From a bacterium (lineage in GTDB: Bacteria; UBA8248), in assembly GCA_965207065.1 (NCBI GenBank), contig OZ242260.1, positions 832,001 through 896,000 of the forward strand: DNA of 64,000 nt. The letters run 5' to 3'. Below are positions 18,670 to 27,839 of the stretch, in pieces. The notes under the pieces are model-generated. The model searched no databases, was not told the DNA's origin, and saw only the letters and a program-made list of their open reading frames with translations. A program made the translations under genes and the position numbers. How positions within the stretch are numbered: position 1 is the stretch's first letter; each line of letters opens with the position of its first letter.

Positions 18670-19539
18670 ATGACCGCTATCCGGCTTCAGAAAATTATCG
18701 CCCAGGCGGGCCTCGCCTCGCGCCGTGAAGCGGAACGCCTGATCGAGGAGGGCTGCGTTCGGGTGAATGGAGCGCGCGTGGTCACCTTAGGCGCCAAGGC
18801 GGACCCGCTGACCGATTCCATCAAGGTGAACGGAAAGCTCATTACGAAAAAGGAGGCTCCCCTCTACCTGGTGCTGAACAAACCGAAGAACGTGCTCACC
18901 ACCATGCAGGACGAGGAGGGCAAGGACAGGCCCACGGTGGCGGACCTGCTGCCCCAGGGCTTGAGACGCGTATTCCCCGTCGGCAGGCTCGATTTCGACG
19001 TCGAGGGGGTGTTGCTCCTCACCAACGACGGGGAGATGGCGAACCGCCTCGCCCACCCGAGATACGGGATACCCCGCGTCTATGAGGCGAAGGTGAAGGG
19101 AGCGCCCACCGAGGCCGCCCTCGCCCGGATGGCGGACGGGTCATGGATGCGCGGGCGGAGAAGGAAACCCCAGGAAGCGCTCGTGCGGACCATCCGCGCA
19201 AAGACGGAGAAGAACACATGGCTCAGAATCGAACTCCACGAGGGCAGACAACACCAGGTCAAGAGGATGTGCGAGGCCGTGGGGCACCCTGTCATCAAGC
19301 TCGTCCGGCGCGCATACGGGGGGATCACGGCCAGGGGCCTTCCCGCCGCCAAAGTGAGGACCCTCACCCACGATGAGGTCGAAAAACTGAAGCTGATGAC
19401 GAATATCCGCACCGAAGCGGCGAAGCTTCCGCCATCCAGAGTGGGCTGGGCCAAGGCCAAGGCGAAACCGAAGCGCACACCGCGCGGACAATCAGCAAAA
19501 CAGAAAACGAAAGCACCCGGTAAAACCGGCTCCTCATGA
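18670..19539 (+). CDS. rluB: RsuA/RluB family rRNA pseudouridine synthase
   Basis: S4 domain RLQKIIAQAGLASRREAE; PVGRLD and EGRQHQVKRM motifs. Confidence 0.85.
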   Translation: MTAIRLQKIIAQAGLASRREAERLIEEGCVRVNGARVVTLGAKADPLTDSIKVNGKLITKKEAPLYLVLNKPKNVLTTMQDEEGKDRPTVADLLPQGLRRVFPVGRLDFDVEGVLLLTNDGEMANRLAHPRYGIPRVYEAKVKGAPTEAALARMADGSWMRGRRRKPQEALVRTIRAKTEKNTWLRIELHEGRQHQVKRMCEAVGHPVIKLVRRAYGGITARGLPAAKVRTLTHDEVEKLKLMTNIRTEAAKLPPSRVGWAKAKAKPKRTPRGQSAKQKTKAPGKTGSS

Positions 19540-19638
19540 TGCAGGCGCTTGATGGACGCTCCAAGCAAAGAAAACCACGGGGTTCGTGTGTTATGATGCG
19601 TCAATACGCGAGAGAAAAGTAAAAAGGCCGCTTAAACG

Positions 19639-20244
19639 ATGAGCGCACCTGCTTCAAACAGATTAACGCTGGCGACCAAGATCACGCTGGTCCGGGTTTT
19701 CCTGATCCCCGTTTTCGTGATGTGCCTCGCCTACAAGAAGCCGGGAATCGCCCTGGCCGTCTTCATCATCGCGGGCGTGGCGGACGGGGTCGACGGCTAT
19801 ATCGCGAGACGGCGCGGCGAGATGACGGAGTTGGGCGCCATGCTCGACCCCATTGCGGACAAACTGCTCATGTTCACCGCATACATGATGATGGGGATTT
19901 CAGGACAAATCCCGATCTGGCTGGCCGTCTCCGTGGTGAGCCGGGATCTGCTGCTGTCCATCGGCTGCCTGATGCTGTTCATGAGCGTGGGCTTCCAGAC
20001 GCCGTCTCCTTCCATGCTGGGGAAAACCACGACGACCGCCCAGATGGTCACCGCAGGTGCCGCTCTTCTGGCGGCGGCGCTGAGCGCGGAGACAAACATC
20101 GTGCTATTGACCATGTACTTGATCACCTGCGGACTGACGCTCGCCTCGGGGGTTCATTATCTCTTCTTCGTGGGCACCCGGATGGTTTACGAGAAACCGG
20201 ACGAAAGCCAAACGGAGAAATCCACCCCTGCGGCCCGGAACTGA
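19639..20244 (+). CDS. CDP-alcohol phosphatidyltransferase (PgsA-like)
   Basis: DGVDGYIARR...LGAMLDPIADK signature. Confidence 0.9.
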   Translation: MSAPASNRLTLATKITLVRVFLIPVFVMCLAYKKPGIALAVFIIAGVADGVDGYIARRRGEMTELGAMLDPIADKLLMFTAYMMMGISGQIPIWLAVSVVSRDLLLSIGCLMLFMSVGFQTPSPSMLGKTTTTAQMVTAGAALLAAALSAETNIVLLTMYLITCGLTLASGVHYLFFVGTRMVYEKPDESQTEKSTPAARN

Positions 20245-20260
20245 GGCCAGGCTGACCGAC

Positions 20261-21307
20261 ATGGACAATCAACCCCAAATCCTCACGTGGAAGAGAATAT
20301 GGCTTATTCTCATATTCATCGCCGGCATCTGGCTTCTGGTGAGCGCCCGCGCGGCGCTGGTGCCCCTCGCGGCTTCCTTCATCCTCGCCTATCTGCTCCA
20401 GCCCCTGGTCGATAAGCTGGAGAGATGGAAAATACCGAGGCCCCTCGCCGTCCTGATCCCCCTGCTGGGTTTGGGCTTGGTTCTTTTGATCTTGTGGGCG
20501 AGCATCGCGCCCGTGGTGCGAGAGCAAGTGACGGCGTTCGCCAAGAAGCTTCCCGACTACATCAAGCTCACACAATCCTGGCTCATCGCCACGCTCGATA
20601 AATTCGACCTCCCCCAGACGGCCGAACTCCAGAAATACTTCACCGAAAACCTCTCCTTGCTGAGCCAGTTTCCCGTTACCGCGCTCAGGTTCCTGCTGAG
20701 AACGACCAGCGGCATTTTTTCCATCGCCATCGGCATGATCTATCTCATCCTCATCCCCGTGATGACCTTCTATGTCCTGAGGGACTGGAAAGAGCTATGG
20801 AAGGGGTTTTTCGCCTACGTGCACCGCGACTACCGCGCTGAGGTGGAGAAAAGGGTCTTCCGGCTCGACGAACTGCTCGGTTCGTTCATCAAGGGGCAGT
20901 TGCTGATCGCCTTCATCCTCTCCGCAGTGTACGTGCTGGGCTTCTTCATCGTGGACATGCCGCTGTGGCTGGTGATGGGCATTTTTACGGGTATCGCCTG
21001 CATGTTTCCCTACGTGGAATGGATTATCGCCCTGCCGATCGCCCTGCTGCTCTCCGCACTCGGCCATCAGGACTGGCTCCACCCGCTGGCAACGCTGGCC
21101 GTGTTCGGGATCATCTCGCCCATAGCGGGCATGACCCTCGTTCCCCGCATCCTGGGCAACCGCATCGGACTTCACCCCGTGGTGGTGCTCGCATCCATCA
21201 TGATAGGGGGGGAGTTGATGGGATTCGCGGGAATCCTCCTCGCCGTCCCGCTCGCGGCGGCCATCAAGGTGGCTCTCGAGGCCATTTCAGACTACTACCT
21301 GATGTAA
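20261..21307 (+). CDS. AI-2E (PerM) family transporter
   Basis: Multi-TM protein; AYLLQPLVDKLE, PRILG.RIGLHP and GILLAVP motifs. Confidence 0.9.
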   Translation: MDNQPQILTWKRIWLILIFIAGIWLLVSARAALVPLAASFILAYLLQPLVDKLERWKIPRPLAVLIPLLGLGLVLLILWASIAPVVREQVTAFAKKLPDYIKLTQSWLIATLDKFDLPQTAELQKYFTENLSLLSQFPVTALRFLLRTTSGIFSIAIGMIYLILIPVMTFYVLRDWKELWKGFFAYVHRDYRAEVEKRVFRLDELLGSFIKGQLLIAFILSAVYVLGFFIVDMPLWLVMGIFTGIACMFPYVEWIIALPIALLLSALGHQDWLHPLATLAVFGIISPIAGMTLVPRILGNRIGLHPVVVLASIMIGGELMGFAGILLAVPLAAAIKVALEAISDYYLM

Positions 21308-21425
21308 GTTTTCCTGGACGTTCCTCGCGGTTGGCGTGAACCACCGCTCAGTGGGTTGTTGAAAAAGCCCTTGAGTGGGAAAAGGAAACCCCCTTAAAAG
21401 GGAAACCCCATAAAGGCACCCCCCC

Positions 21426-21583
21426 CTACTCGGGTACTTCCACCCCCCGGTCCACGGCGCGGGCCATGAGGAAGAGGAGGTCGGAGACGCGGTTCAGGTA
21501 GACGAGCAGGTCGGGGTTGTCGATGTAGCCCTCATCCCGCAGCTTGACCGACCATCTCTCCCCCCGGCGGATGATGGTGAGCG
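21426..21583 (-). pseudogene. Duplicated 3' fragment of the pduO-type gene (direct repeat of 23052..23204)
   Basis: 21431-21583 matches 23052-23204 with 5 mismatches in 153 bp (counted by eye); encodes LTIIRRGERW...VEVPE*. Confidence 0.9.
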
Positions 21584-21603
21584 AAATCGTCAGCCACCCA
21601 CGC

Positions 21604-22257
21604 CTAAACCTGAATCTTTCCCTCGATGAAAGCTCTGGCGCATTCGTAGTGCCAGTTTGTTTTGGTCTTCGTGTGAAACCGCCGCAGCGTGTAGCCAGGC
21701 GCTTTCGGCGCGCTTTTCGAGTTGCACCAGATATACCGGGTTCCATTGACGCCTTCGGTCAATGCGCAAAACAAGCCCACGTAATCCTTACCGCCGAAGA
21801 AAACGACATCATCCCCGGTTTCATCAGGCAGCATATTGAAATCTTCATACTGGTCTTTCTTTCGTCTGCGTTTGTACGCATCAGCGCGTGGGCTGAAGGT
21901 AATGTCATAAACAGGCGTCAGGAAATCTGAGCGGATCAAACCCCACCCCGCAGAGAGGATATAGAAACGCTCCAAACCGCAATGTTCCTTCAGGAGCCGA
22001 TAGACCGGATTTTCGTAGAGTTGCCAGGCAGGAAGAAGTCCGTGCGGGTTGCCGCGAAGTTCGGTATTGTATTCCAAAAGCATGGCTCGCCACGACACTC
22101 CTGTTTTGGAATCATCATCCGGTCGCGCGTAGGCTTGGCTCAAACCACCGGGCGCTGCGCCGGGATCGGCGACGAACAATACCTTTCGTTCATCTCGCGT
22201 GCGCAGATGGCCGGCTTCGGGATTCTTTCTTGCGGCGCATTGTATGACGAGGATCAA
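21604..22257 (-). CDS. DUF6884/YaaA-like protein
   Basis: VIQCAARK, PAWQLY, YILSAGWGLI, YDITF and FFGGKDY motifs; overlaps the stop of the upstream gene. Confidence 0.6.
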   Translation of the reverse strand: MILVIQCAARKNPEAGHLRTRDERKVLFVADPGAAPGGLSQAYARPDDDSKTGVSWRAMLLEYNTELRGNPHGLLPAWQLYENPVYRLLKEHCGLERFYILSAGWGLIRSDFLTPVYDITFSPRADAYKRRRKKDQYEDFNMLPDETGDDVVFFGGKDYVGLFCALTEGVNGTRYIWCNSKSAPKAPGYTLRRFHTKTKTNWHYECARAFIEGKIQV

Positions 22258-22976
22258 GCGGGAATTTCCATCTCATCGATCAAGCGCGGCAGTTCGTCGA
22301 GAAAGGCCGGGTCGTAGTCTTCATTGACGTGGTTCGAGTTCCAGAGTCCTGAGCTCCGGACTTTTTCCCTGTCACTATTACAACCAAGCCACGAAGAAGG
22401 CGGATCGATGGGATGCTTGCCCCAGTTGCTCAAGAGGGCAATCGCGTTCCTCTCGATGTATCCACGCTTACTTTCAGGACCCGCTTCGTCCTCGATGGCG
22501 AGCCAGAGAAAGGGCATGTCGCCGATATGCCTGCTGACGGTTCTTTCCAGGCACAGTTCGCTCGTTCTGACTTCTCGCGACGCCGTGTCCCCCATTCCCC
22601 AACAGGGATAGTCCAGACTGTCTTTTTTTATCAGGGCCGCTCCCACAATTTTCCTGAAGATCGACCCCCGGTGATTGCCGCCGCTTGTGCGCGTTATTCC
22701 TTTATGTTGTTTCAGACGCGTCCAGAGTTTGGTTTTGCTCCCGGCTTTCAGGGCGTGCGTACCCACCCGCACAATGCGCGAACCTTTCCCGGTATCGGCG
22801 CGGACTTCGCCTTCCTCCTTGAAAAAATAAACTCCGCGCTTGGGCCACCTCATTTTGCCCGAACAATCGGACAATCGGCGCGCTCCGCCGAGACGCTCCT
22901 CAAGCATTGCTAGAAGATCATAAAACCGCTTCAAATCGTCGAGGCGTGATGATGAAGACGGCTGGCTTGTCGGCAT
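22254..22976 (-). CDS. GIY-YIG-like nuclease (hypothetical protein)
   Basis: GVYFF...IVRVG...LWTRLKQH...IERNAI...WN pattern. Confidence 0.55.
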   Translation of the reverse strand: MPTSQPSSSSRLDDLKRFYDLLAMLEERLGGARRLSDCSGKMRWPKRGVYFFKEEGEVRADTGKGSRIVRVGTHALKAGSKTKLWTRLKQHKGITRTSGGNHRGSIFRKIVGAALIKKDSLDYPCWGMGDTASREVRTSELCLERTVSRHIGDMPFLWLAIEDEAGPESKRGYIERNAIALLSNWGKHPIDPPSSWLGCNSDREKVRSSGLWNSNHVNEDYDPAFLDELPRLIDEMEIPA

Positions 22977-23046
22977 GAATTATCCTAAGAAAACATTTCG
23001 ATGCGCCGGGGCACGGCGTAGATCGTTTCGCGTTTTTCGAATTGAA

Positions 23047-23571
23047 TCAGGCGGGTACTTCCACCCCCCGGTCCACGGCGCGGGCCATGAGGAAGAGCAG
23101 GTCCGAGACGCGGTTCAGGTAGATGAGCAGGTCGGGGTTGTCGATGTAGCCCTCATCCCGCAGTTTGACCGACCATCTCTCGCCCCGGCGGATGATGGTG
23201 AGCGCCATGTCCAGCGCGGCGCCGCAGGGCGAATCGCCCGAGATCACCCAGTCGGTGATTTGAATCTCTTTCTCGTAGCGCGCCACCTGCGCGTCGGCCC
23301 ACGCGACCTGCTCCGCGCCCACGCGCTCTTTGAGCCTGCCGAGTTTGCCCCGCAGCGTCGCCAGGTCGCTGCTCACGAGGTAGAGGTCTTTCTGAATTTT
23401 GAGGATTTCGGGCTTCAGCCATTCGGGGGCCGTCGAGCGGGCGAGGCCGAGCGCGGCTTTCGCCTCATCGAGCGCGCCGTAGGCCTGCACTTGGGGATGA
23501 TACTTGGGAACCCTGTCCGCGAACCATAAATCGGTGTTCCCATCGTCTCCCCTTCTCGTGACGATGGACAT
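23047..23571 (-). CDS. pduO: PduO-type cob(I)alamin adenosyltransferase
   Basis: TRRGDDGNT, YGALDE, RRGER and YLNRVSDLLF motifs. Confidence 0.9.
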   Translation of the reverse strand: MSIVTRRGDDGNTDLWFADRVPKYHPQVQAYGALDEAKAALGLARSTAPEWLKPEILKIQKDLYLVSSDLATLRGKLGRLKERVGAEQVAWADAQVARYEKEIQITDWVISGDSPCGAALDMALTIIRRGERWSVKLRDEGYIDNPDLLIYLNRVSDLLFLMARAVDRGVEVPA

Positions 23572-23588
23572 CGGCTCACTCCTTCAGG

Positions 23589-24650
23589 CTAGAGTCTCTT
23601 GATGACGTCGGTGGCGACGGAGCGCGTCGTCCCTGTGCCCCCTAAGTCCGCCGTGCGGTTGCCACCGGCCAGATGCGCGCGAACCGCGCCGTCGAGCCGC
23701 TTCGCCGCGCGCTCCTCGCCCAGATAATCGACCATCAAGGCGGCGGAAATAAGCGCGGCCACCGGGTTGGCGATCCCCTTGCCCATGATGTCGGGTGCGG
23801 AGCCGTGCACGGGCTCGAACAGGCCGGGCGCATCTCCCTTGGGATTCGTGTTGGCGCTCGCGGCGACTCCCAGCCCGCCGACGATGGCGGCGCCCAGGTC
23901 CGTCAGGATGTCGCCGAAGAGGTTCGTGGACACCACAACGTCGAAATGCTCGGGCCTTCTCACGAACTCCAAGGCGGCGGCGTCTACGAGATATTTCGCC
24001 GTCTCGATTTTCTTGTAGCGGGGCCTTGCGGCGACTTCCTCAAAAATCTCATCCCACATCACCAGCGTATGGCCCTGCGCGTTCGATTTCGTGATGTTGG
24101 TCACGTGCTTTTTCCGCTTGAGCGCCGCCTCGAACGCCGCCTCGATAATGCGCTCACAGCCCATGCGCGTGAAGAGCGTGATCTGGGCGGCCAGCTCTCC
24201 CGGGTGTCCCTCGTAGTGTCTGCCGCCGATGGGGCTGTATTCCCCCTCGGTATTCTCGCGGAAGAAGAGCATGTCGATGTCGCCCGGCTCGTAACCGCGC
24301 AGCGGCGATTCCAGCCCCTCGTACAGGACGATGGGCCGCATGTTGACGTAAAGGTCGAAACCCCTGCGCAGCGGAAGCAGAAGCTGGTTGAGGGTGATGT
24401 GATCGGGGATGTCGGGCCGGCCCACCGCGCCGAGCAGAATCGCGTCGTGCTTTCTCACGCGGTCCAGAAAATTCTCCGGGCACATACGGCCCGTCTCGTG
24501 ATAGAAATCGCTCCCCCAGGGGTATTTCGTGAAAGAAAACTCAAGGCCGCGCTCGCTCTTCGCCAGCGCCCTTAAAACGCGCACAGCCTGTGTGATGACT
24601 TCGGGCCCGATGCCGTCCGCGGGAATTAAACCGATGCTGTGCTTCGCCAT
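23589..24650 (-). CDS. Tartrate/D-malate dehydrogenase-like (isocitrate/isopropylmalate dehydrogenase family)
   Basis: DGIGPEV, RENTEGEY, TKSNA, NLFGDILTD and FEPVHGSAPDI motifs. Confidence 0.9.
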   Translation of the reverse strand: MAKHSIGLIPADGIGPEVITQAVRVLRALAKSERGLEFSFTKYPWGSDFYHETGRMCPENFLDRVRKHDAILLGAVGRPDIPDHITLNQLLLPLRRGFDLYVNMRPIVLYEGLESPLRGYEPGDIDMLFFRENTEGEYSPIGGRHYEGHPGELAAQITLFTRMGCERIIEAAFEAALKRKKHVTNITKSNAQGHTLVMWDEIFEEVAARPRYKKIETAKYLVDAAALEFVRRPEHFDVVVSTNLFGDILTDLGAAIVGGLGVAASANTNPKGDAPGLFEPVHGSAPDIMGKGIANPVAALISAALMVDYLGEERAAKRLDGAVRAHLAGGNRTADLGGTGTTRSVATDVIKRL

Positions 24651-24711
24651 TGCTTCTCCCTATTGATTCCATGCGCGGCAGGTACGTCGTTCTCATCCCC
24701 GCCACTTAGAA

Positions 24712-26247
24712 TTAAAGTCCTTTTTCGATGAGATATTCCACCGGATTATAGTCGTCCGTCAAAACCGGGCCATAAAGGCGCGAGCCCGGCGGCGCCACGC
24801 GAGAGCGCGCGGCGAACTCGAACTTCCGGTCCCGGCGTATCGCCTCGCTTACCCGGCGGAAGCGACCTGCGTCCTCGTCCCGGAACCCGAAGATGAGAAT
24901 GTTCTGCGCTACATAAGCGTTGGCCGGGTCCGTACTGTAGATGTATATCTCGGGGAACACCGACTTCATCGTCCGGTAGACGGATGCGTAAATCGCGCCG
25001 CCGGCGCCCGCGCGGTAGCCGATCAGGTTCAGCATGAACACGCCGCCGGACGCCAGGCGCTCACGCGCTTCCTCGAAAAACTCCCGGGTGACCAGATGCG
25101 GCGGTATGTTCCTCAAGCCCCGGTAGGCGTCGCCGACGATGAAATCGTATTTTTCACCGGATGAGCGGAGAATGCGCCTGCCGTCTCCCACCAGGGTCTT
25201 CAGCTTCGGGAATTTCCCCAGCCTGAAAAATTTTTTTCCCGCATCGACGACTTCCTCGTCGAGTTCGGCCACTGCGATGGACATCTCAGGCTTCATGAGT
25301 TGAAGGGCCTTGGGCATCGTGAAGGCGCCGCCGCCGATGAAGATCGCGCGCTTCATGTGGGGCGCGAACAGCGGCCCCAACTCCAGGAAGCGAGTGTATT
25401 CGTAAAAAAACTTTCTGTCGTCGTCCAGGACCATCGCCCCCTCGGGCTGATGATCCAGGTACATCTCGCGCACACGCGCGCCGTCCGCTTTGGCCCTCTC
25501 GAACACGCGGATCATGTGGTACATGTTCTCGCGCACCCAAATCGTATCTTTATCCACGCCTGGGATGACGCCCAGCCACGCGGCGCCAGTCCCCATCGAG
25601 GCGAGCACGAACGCTCCGAGAAGCAGGTTCGCCCGCGCGTTTCGCTTCGAGAACAAACTGGCGAGGTCGCCGCTGAGGTAGAGCCCGAAGAGCGCCGTCA
25701 GCGCAAGCGCGCCCGCCGTCGTCAGGAAGATGCCGTTCAGCCCGAAGAAGGGAATGAAGACGAAGCCCGTCGCAAACGTGCCGAGGATGCTCCCGACCGT
25801 GGACCAGGTGAAGAGGTTGCCCGTCACCGCCCCCAGGCTCCCCACTCCCCTGGCTGCGAGCTTCACCGCGAAGGGCGTCAGCGTGGCGAGCACGCATCCC
25901 GGAGCGGCGAAGAGCAAAAGACCGGCGAACACCGGCCCCGAGCGCAGGCCCAGGCCCTCTTCCATCGCGGGCAGCAGAATCCCCCGCAGGGCCGGCACAA
26001 GGGCCACGAGTCCCGCGCCGCCCAGCATGAGCAGGAAGAACAATTTCGTAGACGGCTTGCGATCCGCGAGCCTCCCGCCGATGGAATAGCCGAGGCTCAG
26101 CGCGGCCAGGATGATGCCGATCATCGAGGTCCAGGTGTAGAGCGTGTTGCCGAAGTGAGGGGCGAGCACGCGTCCCGCCGCGATCTCCATGACGAGAATC
26201 GAGCCGCCCGAGAGAAAGACCGAGAAATAGAGATACAGGCCCGCCAT
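24712..26247 (-). CDS. Fused membrane domain / spermidine synthase-like methyltransferase
   Basis: MEIAAGRVLAPHFGNTLYTW TM region; FIGGGAF, GDGR and LTDDYNPVE motifs. Confidence 0.85.
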   Translation of the reverse strand: MAGLYLYFSVFLSGGSILVMEIAAGRVLAPHFGNTLYTWTSMIGIILAALSLGYSIGGRLADRKPSTKLFFLLMLGGAGLVALVPALRGILLPAMEEGLGLRSGPVFAGLLLFAAPGCVLATLTPFAVKLAARGVGSLGAVTGNLFTWSTVGSILGTFATGFVFIPFFGLNGIFLTTAGALALTALFGLYLSGDLASLFSKRNARANLLLGAFVLASMGTGAAWLGVIPGVDKDTIWVRENMYHMIRVFERAKADGARVREMYLDHQPEGAMVLDDDRKFFYEYTRFLELGPLFAPHMKRAIFIGGGAFTMPKALQLMKPEMSIAVAELDEEVVDAGKKFFRLGKFPKLKTLVGDGRRILRSSGEKYDFIVGDAYRGLRNIPPHLVTREFFEEARERLASGGVFMLNLIGYRAGAGGAIYASVYRTMKSVFPEIYIYSTDPANAYVAQNILIFGFRDEDAGRFRRVSEAIRRDRKFEFAARSRVAPPGSRLYGPVLTDDYNPVEYLIEKGL

Positions 26248-26476
26248 GTTCTTCGTTTCCGTTTCCGGCGCTCGCCTGGGCTGCCTCGCCACAACGCACT
26301 CCTCGAAAAAATGAAACCCACACCCGGCAAAAATGAATCCGCACTCTATGGCACAGAAAGGCCTGAGGCAAGCCTTGGGTCCGCCTGGATTTTTTCGGGT
26401 CGATGCCTCATAAATAGATTGAAATTCGCACGGAACCAAGCTGTATGGATTTTCCCTCAACAAAGAGAACGACGAT

Positions 26477-27166
26477 TTGACCTCCGATAAGGTGTATCCA
26501 TCTTCCAAAGCCGCCATCGCCGATATACCCGATGGCGCCACCATTCTGCTGGGCGGGTTCGGCGGCGCGGGCATCCCGGAAAATCTCCTGGTCGCCATGG
26601 CCGATCATCCCGCGCGCGACCTGACCGTCGTCACCAACCACGCGGGTTTCGGCGAGCGCGGCCTCGCCGTGCTGCTCAGGCAGGGAAAGGTGCGGAAAAT
26701 CATCTGCAGCTACGCCTTCCACAGGAGCGCGTTCGTGTTCAGAGAACTGTTCCTCGAGGGAAAAATCGAACTCGAACAACTACCCCAGGGGACCATGGCC
26801 GAGAGAATCCGGGCGGCGGGCGCGGGCATCGCCGCCTTCTACACGCCCACCGGCGTCGGCACGCAGGCGGCCGAGGGCAAAGAGACTCGCACGATCAACG
26901 GACGCGAGACCGTTCTCGAACATCCCCTGCCGGGCGACGTCGCGATCATCAAGGCGCACCGGGCCGACAGCACGGGAAACCTCACCTACCGGGGCACGGC
27001 GGCGAACTTCAACCCCGTCATGGCGACGGCGGCTCCGCTCACCATCGTCGAGGTGGAGGAAATCGTGGACCCCGGCATCATCGCGCCAGAGAGCGTACAC
27101 ACGCCATCGATATACGTGCAAAGAGTCGTAAGAGGAGAAGACCTTGGCCTCCGATCCGAAACTTGA
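26477..27166 (+). CDS. 3-oxoacid CoA-transferase subunit A (PcaI/ScoA-like)
   Basis: GGFGGAGIPENL, PQGTMAERIRAAGAG and NFNPVMA motifs. Confidence 0.9.
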   Translation: MTSDKVYPSSKAAIADIPDGATILLGGFGGAGIPENLLVAMADHPARDLTVVTNHAGFGERGLAVLLRQGKVRKIICSYAFHRSAFVFRELFLEGKIELEQLPQGTMAERIRAAGAGIAAFYTPTGVGTQAAEGKETRTINGRETVLEHPLPGDVAIIKAHRADSTGNLTYRGTAANFNPVMATAAPLTIVEVEEIVDPGIIAPESVHTPSIYVQRVVRGEDLGLRSET

Positions 27167-27839
27167 GAACTGCGCCCTCAAGCCGGCCGACATCACCCGT
27201 CGCGTGGCGGCGGAACTGCCGGACGGCGCGGTGGTGAACTTAGGCATCGGCATCCCCACGCTGGTGGGCAATTACGTGGAAGCCGGGCGCGGCGTGATGT
27301 TCATGGCCGAAAACGGAATCATCGGCGCGGGTCCCAGGCCCGATCCCGGCGAAGAGGACAAGGACTACATCAACGCCTCGCGTGAACCCATCACCACGCT
27401 TCCGGGCGCGTCCGTGTTCGGACACGCCGACGCCTTCGCCATGATACGCGGCGGCCACATCGACATCGCCATCATGGGCGCGCTGCAGGTCTCGGCCCAG
27501 GGCGATCTGGCGAACTGGACGGTGCCGGGACTGGGCAAAGGCGGCATCGGCGGCGCGATGGATCTGGCGGCGGGCGCGCGCGAGGTCTACGCCATCATGA
27601 CCCACACCATGAAAGACGGCGGCCTGAAGCTCCTCGAAGATTGCACCTATCCCCTCACCGCGCGGCAGGTCGTCACCAAGCTGTTCACCGACATCGCGTT
27701 CATCGAGTTCACGCCGGATGGCCCCATCTTAAGGGAAGTGGCCGAAGGCCTCACCGCCGATGACGTGCAGGCGGTGAGCGAACCCAGACTCCTCACGAAC
27801 GGGCCGCCGGGCACCCTGACGCGTGAGGAAACGCCATGA
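27144..27839 (+). CDS. 3-oxoacid CoA-transferase subunit B (PcaJ/ScoB-like)
   Basis: VNLGIGIPT, catalytic AENG, GDLANW and GGAMDL motifs. Confidence 0.9.
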   Translation: MASDPKLENCALKPADITRRVAAELPDGAVVNLGIGIPTLVGNYVEAGRGVMFMAENGIIGAGPRPDPGEEDKDYINASREPITTLPGASVFGHADAFAMIRGGHIDIAIMGALQVSAQGDLANWTVPGLGKGGIGGAMDLAAGAREVYAIMTHTMKDGGLKLLEDCTYPLTARQVVTKLFTDIAFIEFTPDGPILREVAEGLTADDVQAVSEPRLLTNGPPGTLTREETP

